Of a stretch of 64,000 nucleotides of DNA, positions 13,270 to 26,485 are shown piece by piece. The notes below the pieces were generated by a model. It saw nothing but the letters and a program-made list of their open reading frames with translations, made no database searches and was not told the DNA's origin. The DNA lies in the NCBI GenBank assembly GCA_043228905.1, contig JBHGNT010000001.1, forward strand, positions 14,508,001-14,572,000, written 5' to 3'. The DNA is from Azolla caroliniana. Lineage: Eukaryota > Plantae > Polypodiophyta. Made by a program: the position numbers and the translations under genes. The number at the start of each line of letters is the position of its first letter. Positions within the stretch are counted from its first letter, which is position 1.

Positions 13270-13464
13270 TGTCGAATACGAGTGTATAATGGCCGTATTC
13301 ACATTGTCCCTTTGGACAACCCAAGTTTAGGCTATTTCTGTAAATAGCATAAAGGGCAGTTGCCCTAGGACTGTCACTATATAAAGTGACTTTGTAACCT
13401 TTAGAAAAGGTCGGTTGTCATTCTTTGTAACTGTTGCTATTGGAATATAACGTTTTGTTTGTGC

Positions 13465-13504
<40 letters not shown>

Positions 13505-13589
13505 GTCTATCTTGCTTATGCGCATACACAGGTTCTTCTTCAAACAGAATGTTGCTTGCACTTCTGCATTGACGGCCTTGTCCCCAACA
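13270..13589 (+). repeat. 3' LTR of Copia B
   Basis: Direct repeat of 9058-9363, preceded by a PPT. Confidence 0.95.
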
Positions 13590-16500
13590 CAGATGAGGAA
13601 CAGTTCTAGAGGGAAGAACGATATCGACCGGAATGAAGGGACCGGTATGACGACAGAAGACGAGAGGACTACGACCAAGACCGCAACTACTGATGAGGGA
13701 AGACTACAATCGAGACTGTTACGATCGTGACTACTCCCCAAATTATGGTTGAATGAGAGACGACAGAAGGTACTCAGAATGACAGGAGTACCCAGATCAG
13801 GATAGACGGTACCCGAAACGCCAGGGGCACCGGAACCACCGCTGCCACAACCATAAGGGAAAGTATCACCGAGAAGAATGTCAGGAACTGGCCAGAGAGT
13901 ACCAACGGGAGCCGGATACAAGTGCAACGGTCCCAGACCCACAACTAGAGCAATAGAGGCTAGAAGAAACCAGCCAGATGAATTCCGGTATTAAGCCAGA
14001 AACGATAGAAAAAGGAGAATCGAGTAATAATCAGAGGGTTTACTGCTACTACTACCGAAAGGAAGGACATTACAGTATCCAATGCCCGGTCAAATCCATT
14101 GAGAAGCAGCCGGGTAAACATGGTGATTGCCGAGGTGACGGATGTTCAACAAGTCACAAAAAGATCCAAAGGAAAAGTTGTCGAGTGGGAGGCCAAGGAG
14201 GCCATCAGGAAGCAAGCCACTGAATGGATACAAAAAGCAAATGAACGGAACGTGGCCGAAGTGAAGGAACAAATCTAGCCTCGCGAGGAACCATTCTGGA
14301 GCATGGACAATGACCCCACTTGGCAGGCGTTACAACAGTGTCAGATCATGTTGCCTCTAGGCCGTTTGTGGCAGTTAGTTCCCCGATTCACGGAAGGACT
14401 TAAATTGGTGGTAACATCACAAAACCTAGAGCCGGCACAAGCATTCTTCTCCAATCTGGAGGAAGGACCGGTAGTAGTGGACACCAGCAGTCCAGCGATA
14501 ACGGTGATTATCAAAGGAAAAGAGATACTCGGAACAATTGTGGATGGAGGTTCTCGAGTAAACGTGATAAGCCAACGAACCTGCGACACGCTTGGTATCA
14601 GAGAATGGGAACCATGCCCGTTCTGGCTGCGAATGGCGGATACTAGTTCGGTTCGGCCAACTAGACTCATTTGGAACTTGGAGATTACAATCAATGGGAA
14701 TGCATTCCGGATATCCGCAGTAGACCTGCAACTCAACGCGCAAGGAGGTTATCCCCTGTTGTTAGGGAGACCATGGCTAAGGATGGCACATATAAAGCAA
14801 AATTGCCAGAAGAACATCATTACCTTCCGAAGAGGAGAGACGAAAGTGTGGGTACCGACCCAACCATGCGCAGGTACTAGTAAGGAGTTGTCACCTCTAT
14901 ATGCAAAGAGCATAAACATGTTGGATGGATTAGCAGAAGACGAAGTCGACCGGTACCTAGAAGAACGTCCGAAGATAGTACCGTTATTTGAGGTAGATGT
15001 CGTCGAAGCCGTCACACCGTACGTTGTGCACTCAAAGGAAGTTTGGGACGAGACCCGATCAGAGAACTGCGATAGGCATAGGAATCGCTAGAACGGGAAA
15101 TGGCAGTATCTCAACGAGTGAAGGCATCTCAGTTGGAAGAGGTGGACCTCGGTACCGAGGAAGCGCCGAAACTGGTGAACGTGACAAAAGAATTTTCACG
15201 GGAAGAGAAAAGGGCAATCATTGAACTACTCAAAGAATTCCAAGATGTGTTCGCATGGTCATACAAGGATATGCAAGGATTGGATCCCCAATTGTACCAA
15301 CACCAGATCAACCTTAGCAAGGATGCGAAGCCGATGGCGTAGCGATGTTACCGGATGAACCCAAACTATGCAGCAAGAGTTAAAGAGGAAATTGATAAAC
15401 TGTTGAGAGTCGGTTTCATCTGACCAGTAAAACAAGCAACCTGGCTGAGTCTGATAGTCATCATACCAAAGAAAAACGGAAAGATCCGGGTGTGTGTGGA
15501 CTACAGAAAGTTGAATGCCGCCACGGTGACGAATGTGTTCCCGTTGCCATTCACGGACGGGGTGTTGGATACAGTAGCCGGTCATGAGTTATATAGCTTC
15601 TTGGAGGGATTTAGTGGTTATAATCAAATCCAGATGCACTTGGCAAATCAGGAGAAAACGACGTTTGTTACGGAATGGAGAGTGTTCGTCGCAGTAGTAA
15701 TGATGTTCAGACTAAAGATGACACCAACACCAACATAGAGGATTATCATGGAAATATTCGGGAAATATATTCCAGCATTCACACCAGTCTTTTTGGATGA
15801 CTTTGTAGTTTATAGCCGGAAGGGAGAACATTTGGACCATCTCCGGATGTGTTTGGAAAAGTGTTGGGGATTCTGACTAAGCTTGAATCCAGCGAAATGT
15901 GTTTTCAGGGTAACCAACAGGGCACTACTCGGACACATCGTGAAATGTGTTTCCAATGGACGGAGCAAGAAAATAATGCGTGCCAAGCATTGAAGGTGAT
16001 GTTGTTAGAGGGCCCGGTAGTGCAACCTCTCGGATTGGATGAAAGATTTTCACGTGTTCGTGGATGTGTCCAACATAGCAATAGGGAGTGCTCTCATGCA
16101 GTTGACTGAACCTAGGTGGTACCGTTCGGTGTATTACGCAAGCCGGAAACTCTCAGAGGTGGAACAGAATTATTCAACAACGGAGAGAGAAGCCCTCGAA
16201 ATGATATATAGTGTCACAAAGTCGACCGATACCTAGATGAACATCTGAAGATAGTATTGTTATTTGAGGTAGATGTCACTGAAGCCATCACACCGTACGT
16301 CATGCACTCAGAGGAAGTTTGGGACGAGACGGATCAGGAGGCGATTCGAGAACTGCAATAGGCACAGGAATCGCTAGAACGGGAAATGGCGGTATCTCAA
16401 CGAGTGAAGGCATCTTAGTTAGAAGAGGTGGACCTCGGTACCGAGGAAGCGCCGAAACCAGTGAACGTGGCAAAAGAATTGTCACGGGAAGAGAAAAGGG

Positions 16501-19500
16501 CAATGATTGAACTACTCAAAGAATTCCGAGATGTGTTCGCATGGTCATACGAGGATATGCGAGGATTGGATCCCCAATTGTACCAACACCAGATCAACCT
16601 TAGCAAGGACGCGAAGCCGGTGGCACAACGACGTTACCGAATGAACCCAAACTATGCAACACGAGTTAAAGAGGAAATCGATAAGCTGTTGAGAGTCGGT
16701 TTCATCCAACTAGTAAAATAAGCAACTTGGCTGAGTCTAATAGTCATCGTACCAAAGAAAAAGGAAAAGATTTGGGTGTGTGTGGACTATCAAAAGCTTA
16801 ATGCCGGCACAGTGACGGACGCGTTCCCACTACCATTCACGGATGAGGTGTTGGATGTAGTAGCCGGTCATGAGGTATATAGTTTCTTGGATGGATTCAC
16901 TGGCTATAATCAAATCCAGATGCTATGGCCGATTAGGAGAAAACGGTGTTCGTTACAAAATGGGGCGTGTTCGTCACGGTAGTAATGATGTTCGGACTAA
17001 AGAAGACACCAATGACATTCCAGAGGATTATCATGGAAATATTCGAGGAATATATTCCAGCATTCACGCAGGTCTTTTTGGATGATTTTGCAGTTTATAG
17101 CTGGAAGGGAGAACATTTGGACCATCTCCGGATGTGTCTGAAGAAGTGTCGAGGATCCCGACTAAGCTTGAATCCGGTGAAATATGCTTTTGGGGTAACC
17201 AACGGGGCACTTCTCGGACATATCGTGAGTAGCGACGGAATAGTCGTCGAACCGGACAAGGTGACCACCATCTTAAAAGCACCGGCACCAACTAAAGTCA
17301 AGGCATTGAGCCAGTTTTTAGGTCAGATCCGGTGGCACAGCCAGATGCTCCGATACTTGGCGAACTTCGCCACTCCCTTACATGAATGGAGCAAGACAAT
17401 AAGGTGTACCAAGCGTTGAAGGCGATGTTGTCACAGGCGCCGATAGTGCAACCTTCGGATTGGACAAAAGATTTTCAAGTGTTCGTGGATGCACCCGACA
17501 TTGCAATAGGGAGTGTTCTCATGCAGTTTACCAAACCTAGGTGGTACCGTCCGGTGTCTTAGGCCAGCCAGAAACTCTCGAAGGCAAAACGGAATTATTC
17601 TACAACGGAGAGAGAAGCCCTTGGAATGATATGTAGTGTCACAAAGTACTAACACTATCTATTAGGATGCAAGTTTTCCTTCCATGTGGACCATTCAGCG
17701 CTAGTATATTTGGTATCCAAAGCATCACTAACCAGTAAATTAGCATGGTGGACATTTCTACAACAGGAATTCGAATTCGAAATATACTACCGACCGGGAG
17801 TACAACACGCAGTGGCAGACTACTTGACCCGGCTGGAATCTGGAGAGGTAGGTGACGGAGTCCGGGATGATGACAGGAACACACGCTCCCAATGAACAAT
17901 GCTCGGCCACAACCGAGCCTAGAATCAAACACAAAAAACGGGTAATGAACGCACGACACAGTGAAGAGAGAAGTACACAGGATGTTAACGTGGAAAACCC
18001 AAACTAGGGAAAAACCACGACAGCCCACAGACTGCAAACTATCACTATATCAGAATGTACAATAGTAAAGCACCAAGGCAACGACCTTGAGCTTGCTATC
18101 TTCGCCACATGCGGTGGTTACAACAGAGGCAACGACCTCTTCCTCTCTCTCACTCTCTCTGTACACAGTTACGCGCTCTAATCTTGCACCAACAAGAATG
18201 ACAACCACAATACTAAGTTTGCCCTAAGTCATATTTATACTAATATGACTTTTCGGCTATTTACAAATATAGCCCCGATGGACTCTCAGAAACATATTTA
18301 CGAATATGTCCCTTCATCCGGTGAGCACTCCTCACTGGGCCTGCATCATCCGGCGCTTGCCGGGCACACGTCATCCGGTTCTCACCGGGTCTTCACCATC
18401 CGGCTCTTACCGGGTACTCGTCATCCGGTTCTCACCGGGTCTTCCGTTGCCAGGTACTCGTCATCCGGTTTCGGCCGAGTTTGCTCATCATCTCTGTTCT
18501 TTTCACTTCCCATCCGGAGGGACCTGTTTCCTAACATACGAGTTCTCGGATGCTAAGCTATTCAAAGTCACCGCGGAAACGGTAGTGGATGAGACAATGG
18601 AAAGCGAGGATAAATGGCTCACCGACATGCATCAGTTCCTGAGTTCCGGATCGCCTCCAGAAGAGCTGAGCCAGGATGAACGGAAACAGTTGGCGGTCCA
18701 AAGTTGCCATTCTTGTTTAATAGAGGATACATTGTATCACAAGGGAGCGAACGAAATCTAGCGGCGAGCGGTAAGGAGTGATGAAAAGGAAGCGATTTTA
18801 GGAGAGGCCCATTGCGGAGTTGTCGAAGGCCACTATGATGGAGACGCCACCATCTGGAAGATTTGGAAAAGTGGGCTATGGTGGCCAACAACCCTAAAAG
18901 ACTCGATCCTTGTAAAGAATGCAATCTCTGCCAAAGGATGGGTCAACTCACAAAACAAGCACGGATGCCCCATCAAAAATGGGGATTAGACTTCTTGGGG
19001 CCATTCAAGCCTCTAGCAATGCGAACAAGAAACCGGTACATCATCGTCACGATCGACTATTGCACAAAATGGGTAGAAGCGAAAGCGCTCAGGGATAACA
19101 CTACGGCATCAACGACAAAAATTTTATATGAATACATATGGTGCCAATACGGATGCCCGATTGAGCTCATCATCGACCAAGGTGGTCATTTCCTAGGGCA
19201 AGTAGTGGAAAGCATGACCGTGTTCTACGCAGTAGTGCATAAACATAGCACACCTTACTATCTGCCAGACAGACTAGGACACGAAACTACACAACGCGTT
19301 ACGGGCATACTAGATGGCTTACAAAACAAGTATCCAGACGACACCGTTCTGATTGGCATTCGGATTGGAGGCAGTTATGCCTATGGAGTTCCAAGGAGGA
19401 AACGAGAAAGAATTCAGTATTGGCAAGCTAGTGCTAGTATTCCAGACCCAAATGCACAAGATGTCAGGGAAGTTGCGATTCTGGTGGACCAGACTGTTTT

Positions 19501-19706
19501 GGATTACGAAGGAATTCAAGGGATCTTACCAACTAGGCACGCTGGTTGGAGAGGTGTTGGACAAATGGATAAATAGTTTCCGGCTTAAACCATACAAAGG
19601 CCCAATGCCGGAGAACCCATTCAAGCAACCGGAGGGACAACAGGTTCTGGAAACCGGTGCACTTCCGTCTTCAATGGAGCCGATGCAGTCGGGCACTAAA
19701 GACTAA
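13590..19706 (+). pseudogene. Element C gag tail and pol (PR, duplicated RT-RNaseH, INT), heavily disrupted
   Basis: IVDGGSRVNVI; CVDYRKLN and CVDYQKLN (15490, 16776); NYSTTEREAL twice; [19 protein letters not shown]. Confidence 0.88.
17871..18536 (-). mobile_element. Solo LTR of the Copia G family, inserted in element C pol
   Basis: Reverse complement of the 46534-47201 LTR (TGTTAGGAAAC...TCCTGTCA). Degenerate TSD GATGA/TACGA; its removal restores GVRDEFSDAKLF. Confidence 0.9.
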
Positions 19707-19989
19707 CTTAACGGCACCTAGTACGGCCAGGTATTTCAGGCCGTACGAGTAAGATAATAATAAATATATTATTCAATATGATGAACGACCACCATGAAAA
19801 GGTGTGACGAAAACCATTTAAAGCGCACCACGCGGCACAATCATACTATTATGGTACACGACGTGCATGCGCGGGATTCAAGAAGTGGCGGTTGATAGAA
19901 ATGGGGATACAAAACGTCATTTCACGAGAGAAGGGTTTTGAGATCACAACAGAGCACACAAGCTTTTGGAAAATCATAGGTAATCACCC

Positions 19990-22780
19990 AAGCATCAGCA
20001 GGCAACCGTAACAGTGCAGTGGACGAAGAAGACACAGGCCCTATTGCACTCTCGACCTCTACAAGAGACTGCTTCAACAAACATGGTTTGGAAGGGTTAG
20101 TGAATGCACTGCCACACGAAGAACTAGAGAAGATCGCAACAAAGATTGACCTTGAGAAGATCTTCGATGGCACCGTCCAAGTCCTCATTGGGTTACTTGT
20201 TGGGGGAATGTATTCCATCGAGAACCCCTCCATAGAAATCCTAACCGAATACTTTGGGGAGTACTCCATCGCCAGCAAAGCATAACGAACACAAGGCGAC
20301 GAGAATCCCCTGTTCAGGGAGGTGGCTCACGTTTTATTAGAATACGTACTCGTGCATCCTCAACCACCGGCCATGCCAAAGAATTGGCCGGATTTATCAT
20401 AGCAACATTCGAAGGCCTCAAGGTGGATTGGCCGGTAATTATAGCTCACTCTCTACGAGCAGGCATCGCATCTGTAGTGGATGGGAAGAAGGCATGGTGT
20501 GGGTTAGCCCAGTGGCTAACATTATTGGTAACCCCAACACACGCCATCAAGCCGAAGAAGCGGACCCAGCCAGAAACTACACCAAATAAGGCATCCAAAC
20601 AGCAGCCGCTCCTGTCAAAACACAACCCCGAATGGACGGTAGGGGAATTGTCTCAGCAGGAAATACAGACGACCCAGGAGCAGGAGCCGGTGGAGCCAAT
20701 TCTAGAGAAAATGGCCAAACCAATCAAAATCATGTTGTACTGGAAGGACACAAACACGAACACGAACGACCTGGTCCAGAGGATGAACCGGGAAACCGTG
20801 GAGGAAGAGGCTGAAGATGAACCAACTGAAGCCCTTCAATGTTACCCAAGGAAGCGCGACACGGCACAGCAGGGGGAAGGATCGGATCCAGAGTAGGACA
20901 GTAGCTCGAAGTCCCACTCAGCATAGGTAGAACCCAGGATGGAAGAAGAGCCGGTAATAAGACCCAAAGTTGTGACAACGGTTCAACAAGAACCGGTTAC
21001 AAAGGAACTTACCCCATCGACACGAGGAACGTTGTTTGGAGCAGACACTAGAACCACTGACCCAATGGCTTAGGAAGGAACACGAACCAAGATTGGAGCC
21101 AGGGTAGTAGTTTGTTATCCTAACACAACATGGAACATGCCCCCAATGGTTAAAGTGGCTCAAAGAGCAAGTATCCGGTGTGGTCGACCGAATGGAGGAC
21201 GAACAACAACAAGTCGGAAGTCATGTGGAACGGTTGCTACCCACAACCGAAGAATTAGAGAAGGCTCCACAGATCCGGAGCCTGGAGGAAGAATTGAAAA
21301 GGGCCAAGGAATACGCGGTCATCATGGCTAACATGGGCCAACAAAGTGCGGTAACGGAGCCGGTGCCACCGGCTAATCTACAAAAGGAAGCTCCGGAAAC
21401 GGATGCACAACTGGTAGTTAGTACAGCCCCGGAAAAAGATGTTGAGTGAGAACAGGAAATATTAACCTTCAGGGAGGAATTGGCCACTCGCGAAGCATTG
21501 CAAGAGAGAACGCAAAAGTAGACAGTCGAAGAAGAGAAGCAGAAAATAGAAGAAAATATCCGGAAAAGTCATGCAAACAACGACCGGCTGAAGGAGGAAA
21601 GACAAAAACTACTGCAAGAGAAGGATAAGCTTCGCGAATGGTAGAGATGGAAATAGCGCGGTTGAAAGAAGAAATCTGGCAGCAGAAGGAGAGAGAGGAT
21701 CGAGCGCGCTCCCAAATAAACCACCGGCTAAAGCAGAAAATAGAGGGTTTTGAAAAGTTGCACCGGGACCACAAGCAACTAGACACCGAACATAAGAAGC
21801 TTGGGTCGCAATTTGACCGGCACCGAGAAAAGTTGAAAGAAATCTGGACGGAACTGGCCAAGAAAACGAAGGCGTTGGCGGACGAACAAACCAAGGCAGT
21901 TGCTATGGCGAAGGCACCCGCAGAAGCGGCAAAGGAAAAAATAGAGCTAAACAAAAATTACTATGAGGAAGCAGAACGGGCAAAAATGGCTTTGGATAGG
22001 GTCCAAACAACCTACCAAACCTAGTTGCTAAACTATGAAGTGCAAGCTCAGGCTACCACCGCCCTCACTAGGAAGCTGAAGGAGGACAAGACAAAGCTCG
22101 GAGTGGGCCGAATCTAGGCAATGGTGAAGGCATGGAAGAACCGGACAAAGAAGAATATCGATGACAACTCGGTGGGCTGGTGGACTCAATGGTCGCGACA
22201 AGCGGCGGAATTACAGGTCCTCTGAGCAGATGCAGAAAACCGGAAGAAGGCCGATGATAACTTTTACAAGATGGATGAAGAAAGTGTTGTCACCATCCGG
22301 GAGGAGTTGGCAGACGACTTCTTTTCCTTGGCCGGAGCTCTCCTCGAAGCTGTCTAGAGGCTGATTGAAAGATTTGATGATGATCAGCTTGGAACACAAC
22401 TTCAACTTGAGCGATTCGAACGGGAGCGTCGGTGGTTGGAAGCAAAAAACCGGATGGCGGCAATAAATATAAGTGATGAGGAGCAAACTACGGAACTGCG
22501 GGTGCAACAGGAGGAACTGCCAAATAAAGTCGAAGGTGAACAGCCAAGGGGAGCCGGTGCAGACCAGAACAAAGTGACCGGATTGAAGCAGCAAGCAGGA
22601 ACCGGAAACGGAGAGAATGCTGAAACCAACACAAGAACGGAGATGCCTCGGCCAGAAGAAGCCGGAGAGGAACACTAGGCGCATCAACAGCAACAGCAAA
22701 TAGAAGAGCAACAACAGAACGAAGAACCACTCGAACCCCTAGTCCATAGCATATTGGACATACTCGACAAGGATTGATGG
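19990..22780 (+). pseudogene. Element C additional ORF after pol, fragmented
   Basis: EYFGEYSIASKA*RT, IATFEGLKVDW; coiled-coil 21638-22024; E/Q-rich tail. Confidence 0.75.
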
Positions 22781-22789
22781 AGCTACCCT

Positions 22790-22829
22790 ATGGGTTCGAC
22801 GTACAATGTATTGTCCCACGGGTGTGCCG
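22790..22829 (+). other. tRNA-Arg-3'-like stem-loop at the PPT position of element C
   Basis: ATGGGTTCGACGTACAATGTATTGTCCCACGGGTGTGCCG, then 2 nt, then LTR start TGTTGG. Confidence 0.75.
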
Positions 22830-22831
22830 TG

Positions 22832-23274
22832 TGTTGGCCGGTGGCTGGAGTATGAAAAACAAGTGGGGGACAAGTCGAAAGCGGAATTGAAGTATTAGTT
22901 ATTATTAAAATAGGAACAGATGGATCCGGAAGAGTTGCACCAATCCGGATCCAGACCGATTCGTAATCGGTTGCCGATAGGGCACCGTTTTGTAAACATA
23001 ACCGAATGCCTATAAAAGGATCCAAAAAACGATGTATTAAGGGACATAATTAATATAAATGGAGTAGACTTTAAGATTATTGTGTATCTACGTACTTTCT
23101 GTTCTGTGCTTACTGTCTTATCTTACGTGTGTAATCAATTCGTGTATATTGTTAATCCAGAACCAGTCAGATAAAATTACATCTTTGTCGAAAACATTAA
23201 CCGTAACCACCCCTTTGGTGAAATGATCCAGAAGGACACCCTGTGTTAGTGGCTAGTCCGGCCCAGGAATAGCA
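22832..23274 (+). repeat. 3' LTR of element C
   Basis: TGTTGGCC start shared with the E LTR; last 54 bp match 7652-7705; TATAAAA at ~23011. Confidence 0.8.
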
Positions 23275-24131
23275 TCGGTTGAACGCCTTTTGCACACATT
23301 GCAGAAAGGCCAGTCACAACATTTCTTATTGTTGATCGAAGAAAAGAGAGAACAATTGGCGACTTGATCGGCACTTAGGACATGCCGAATCGAGTCATTC
23401 TCTAATCATCAACCAAGTCAATGTTGTTGATTCCCGATCAGGAGAAATCCTTTCTATGGAAGACATTCTGATCAGAGAAGCCCTATATAGTGTGCATGAC
23501 ACACGAATTTGGTTGCTGGACTCTAGCGTCATTTTTCACGTTGTCGTGGAAGTCCACGGCTTGCAGGTTGGCTTTGGCAGGACCACCTAGGTCTCGAACC
23601 GGGGAGGTTGGTGACGAGAGCTGAGCCTGAGTGTTTGGTTGGGGGCCTTTGACACTGGTTATAGTCCACAACCTACAATCAGCAAGCTCTCGAACTTGCG
23701 ACGACGTGTGCAGGTTGAGGCTATCATAAGTCTAGCCTCCATATGAGCACACGGGCTTGCGACTATATGACAATGAACACACGAGAGGTTTGCAAGCAAG
23801 AGCAAGAGAGAGAGGAAACATAAGAGATAGTGAATACGACACTCACATGAACGACAAAAGACAATAGCAAATCCTATTAATGAACAAAGTAGCTACCACG
23901 GCGCAGGACAAGCCAATAGAAACCACCGCAATGGGTATATGGCATCAAGCCTCCGGTCGGTGAGCATATGAGCTCACTACCACGAGCGAAGGTTGTATTC
24001 CTGCAGGCTGAGGCTATCATATTCATGCGGCCAATAGCTCTTCCATGGAATCGCCATCGACGAGGTGATCGTCCTCTCAATTAACATAATCAACTTCTGT
24101 CCGAACATTAGCTCGATTGGCATGTGTCCGA

Positions 24132-24380
24132 TTATTGAACTATGTGTAGCCTGGTCGGCCCACTGAGAATAAGGGAGTAGTCAAGGCCAATTTCTAACTC
24201 ATTCGTCACATGCCATACAATCGCCTCCACAATCGGACCGTGCCCACGTTCGACCTTCCCATTCGCTTCCAGATTGCACGTCATCGTGAGGGAGAGCTTT
24301 ACACATAGTCGGTCGAATAACTCCATCTTTTCATGCACGTCCAGCTCCCCTCGGTCGGAAGACACATTTGTATTTACCAA
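24132..24380 (-). pseudogene. Integrase fragment of an F-family Gypsy
   Basis: DRGELD...LFDRL...ANGKVERGHGPIV matches F integrase 37020-37310. Confidence 0.8.
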
Positions 24381-24525
24381 TCAAGAAACTATTAGTGAGT
24401 GTTTCATTTTTCATATTAAATATACCATAGAAAACAACTAAAACAAAACCACATGCACAAAACCCATGGTTTCAATGTTGGAAGCCCATGGTTTTCTACA
24501 TGCCACAAAGCTAATGGTTTTGGTA

Positions 24526-25104
24526 ATGTAACGATGGTTTTGAGGTGCTATATAAGACCCTACTAGGGCTTGTGTATGGAGGGGGGGGAGGGGGGGGGGA
24601 TTATTCTTATAATTAATTACCTATCATTTAAGTGAAACAAGTCCTCTTTAAGGTATTCTATTCTTCTTTGTTTTTTTTCCAACCATCTCTTGGTCCAGAA
24701 CCTCGACGATTCCACTCACACACACACACGGATCCGACGCTTTTAGCGACAATAGTTGGTGAACCCGATGTGAAAGAGCGACAAGGGAGGATAGTTGGTG
24801 AATCAAGTGAAAGTTTGGCCTGAGTGATGACCATGATGATGGAACGCATGCTTCGCAAGAGAGACAACACCATAGGCCTCGACAAGGCCATTAAGAAGAT
24901 CGTGGATGCAAATGGTCGCTTCATTGGGAAAGATGTGAACTGATAACTTGAGGTCTACAAAACCAAAATGCAAAGGAGGGACATTCTCGTGGCAAAACAA
25001 TTGTCAATCGTTGCAAGGGTTGTAGCTTTGAACCTTCATTTTCAAATCCTAGAGATACAAGAAAGCTCGGATTAGGTAACCTTTGAATGAAACTTACTTG
25101 AGGA
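24526..25104 (+). mobile_element. Old F-family Gypsy 5' remnant (LTR end, tRNA-Trp PBS, gag start), interrupted by element E; left boundary approximate
   Basis: LTR end GCGACA at 24751; PBS TGGTGAACCCGATGTGAA 24757-24774; LDKAIKKIVDANGRFIGKD resembles F gag LDRAIEAVVGTIGRFSGKD. Confidence 0.7.
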
Positions 25105-25642
25105 TGTTGGCCAATCAGGACGACCCATTCGTGAAAAGGTTACAAGATGGTTACGAGCCGAATAGAAGACGGGTGGGCACTGGGGCCGGATGAGGAGTGA
25201 AGAGGAAAAACTTAAATGGCACAAATAATTATTAGTAGTAACAGTTCACATTCTAAACGTAACTGCCCATGATCCCTATAAAAAGGGACATGGGAAGAAT
25301 GTAAAGGGTAATCGATTGTAACAATGTATAAAGTCGTGTCATTAATAGAAATATGTCTTGCTTATACTCTGTCTCTATTTCTGTGTCGAGAGTTTTATCT
25401 GTGTCAAGCGTCTTGAAGTGCTCTGTGTATCGCGCACATAACCAACTGGTTGTAGCTGACTTGGGTCTAGGTCTCCACAGTCACAATAGCTCGATTCGTA
25501 ACTGCAGAGGTAACCATAATTGTTTTCAGGTTCCTCTAAGCCAAAGAACTTGCCTACACCTTCGTCTCCCCCTGCCAAAAGACCTTGACTTGGATACTGA
25601 AGGAACAAGTATCCGACATCGTGTGACCCTAAGCCGATAACA
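25105..25642 (+). repeat. 5' LTR of element E
   Basis: TG...CA termini, TATAAAA ~25277, adjacent PBS; no partner LTR in the window. Confidence 0.72.
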
Positions 25643-26485
25643 CTTTTGGCATGCCTAGTCGATTTGTGAAGACATAAAGAACAACGGGGGGATGGATGTC
25701 TTCTAGTTGATGAGGGAGCAAAGAGACAAGGAGACAAAGCAAACCGCATACTCGGGCAGATTCCCAACGCGCAACAGAGGTAGTGCCCATGGAGCAGTCT
25801 CTATTGGACTTCTAGTAGACAGACCACGTAGAAAGTGTGGTGGAATCAACGCTCACTGAGCAAACCCATCAAGCGTCGGAAGCCCAGTCGAGAGCACAAC
25901 CCGAACCAATAATGACCAGCGGCAATAGTTCTAAGGTCGATCACAGAGAGGAACACACTCACCATACCACCAATCGGGACAACAGTCCCCCACACTGGGT
26001 AGCAGACAATCCTGCCAACAACACAATGTTGTACCCCTACCTGAGATACAATGATGAGGCCGACGCCGGGGCTCACGTGCATGCCTTCTTGAGAACGTGG
26101 CAGACCAGCCATGTATCACAGAGGTTAGCCAAGCAGGACGCCAATGCGTTTAAGATAGCTGAGTTTGGCTTATTGTTAGAAGGGTAAGCAACCAATTGGT
26201 ATTCACAGCACAACTTGACCAAGTTCCAGGATTTTCAACAGTTGCGGAAAAAGTTCATCCTTCTTTTCCATCAGCGCATTCCGTTGTGGGAACTCATGAG
26301 TCAATTCTACGTTGTATATCAAGAACCACACGAGACGGTTCCACAATTCATCATCCGCTTCCAAAATTTGCAACGGCAACTGGTCTGCCCTCCTTCAACA
26401 GAAGAGTTGAAAGAAACTTTCTTGTCAGCCCTCTAGGAACCACTAATTACAACCTTGGTAGTTGTCGACTTCACCGAGAGGAAGC

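Larger units (their letters stand above)
9058..13589 (+). mobile_element. Ty1/Copia element B (Tnt1/Tork-like), internally deleted
   Basis: LTRs 9058-9363 and 13270-13589 (TGT...ACA, ~96% by eye, differing (CT)n). PBS TGGTATCAGAG 9366-9376 (tRNA-iMet). PPT GGGGGAG 13263-13269. Confidence 0.95.
7652..23274 (+). mobile_element. Ty3/Gypsy element C (same lineage as A), decayed; carries Copia B, a solo LTR and an internal duplication
   Basis: The 5' LTR remnant 7652-7705 matches the 3' LTR end 23221-23274 at 50/54. TGGCA at 7712. gag, PR, RT, RNaseH, INT and extra ORF in order. 3' LTR 22832-23274. Confidence 0.85.
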
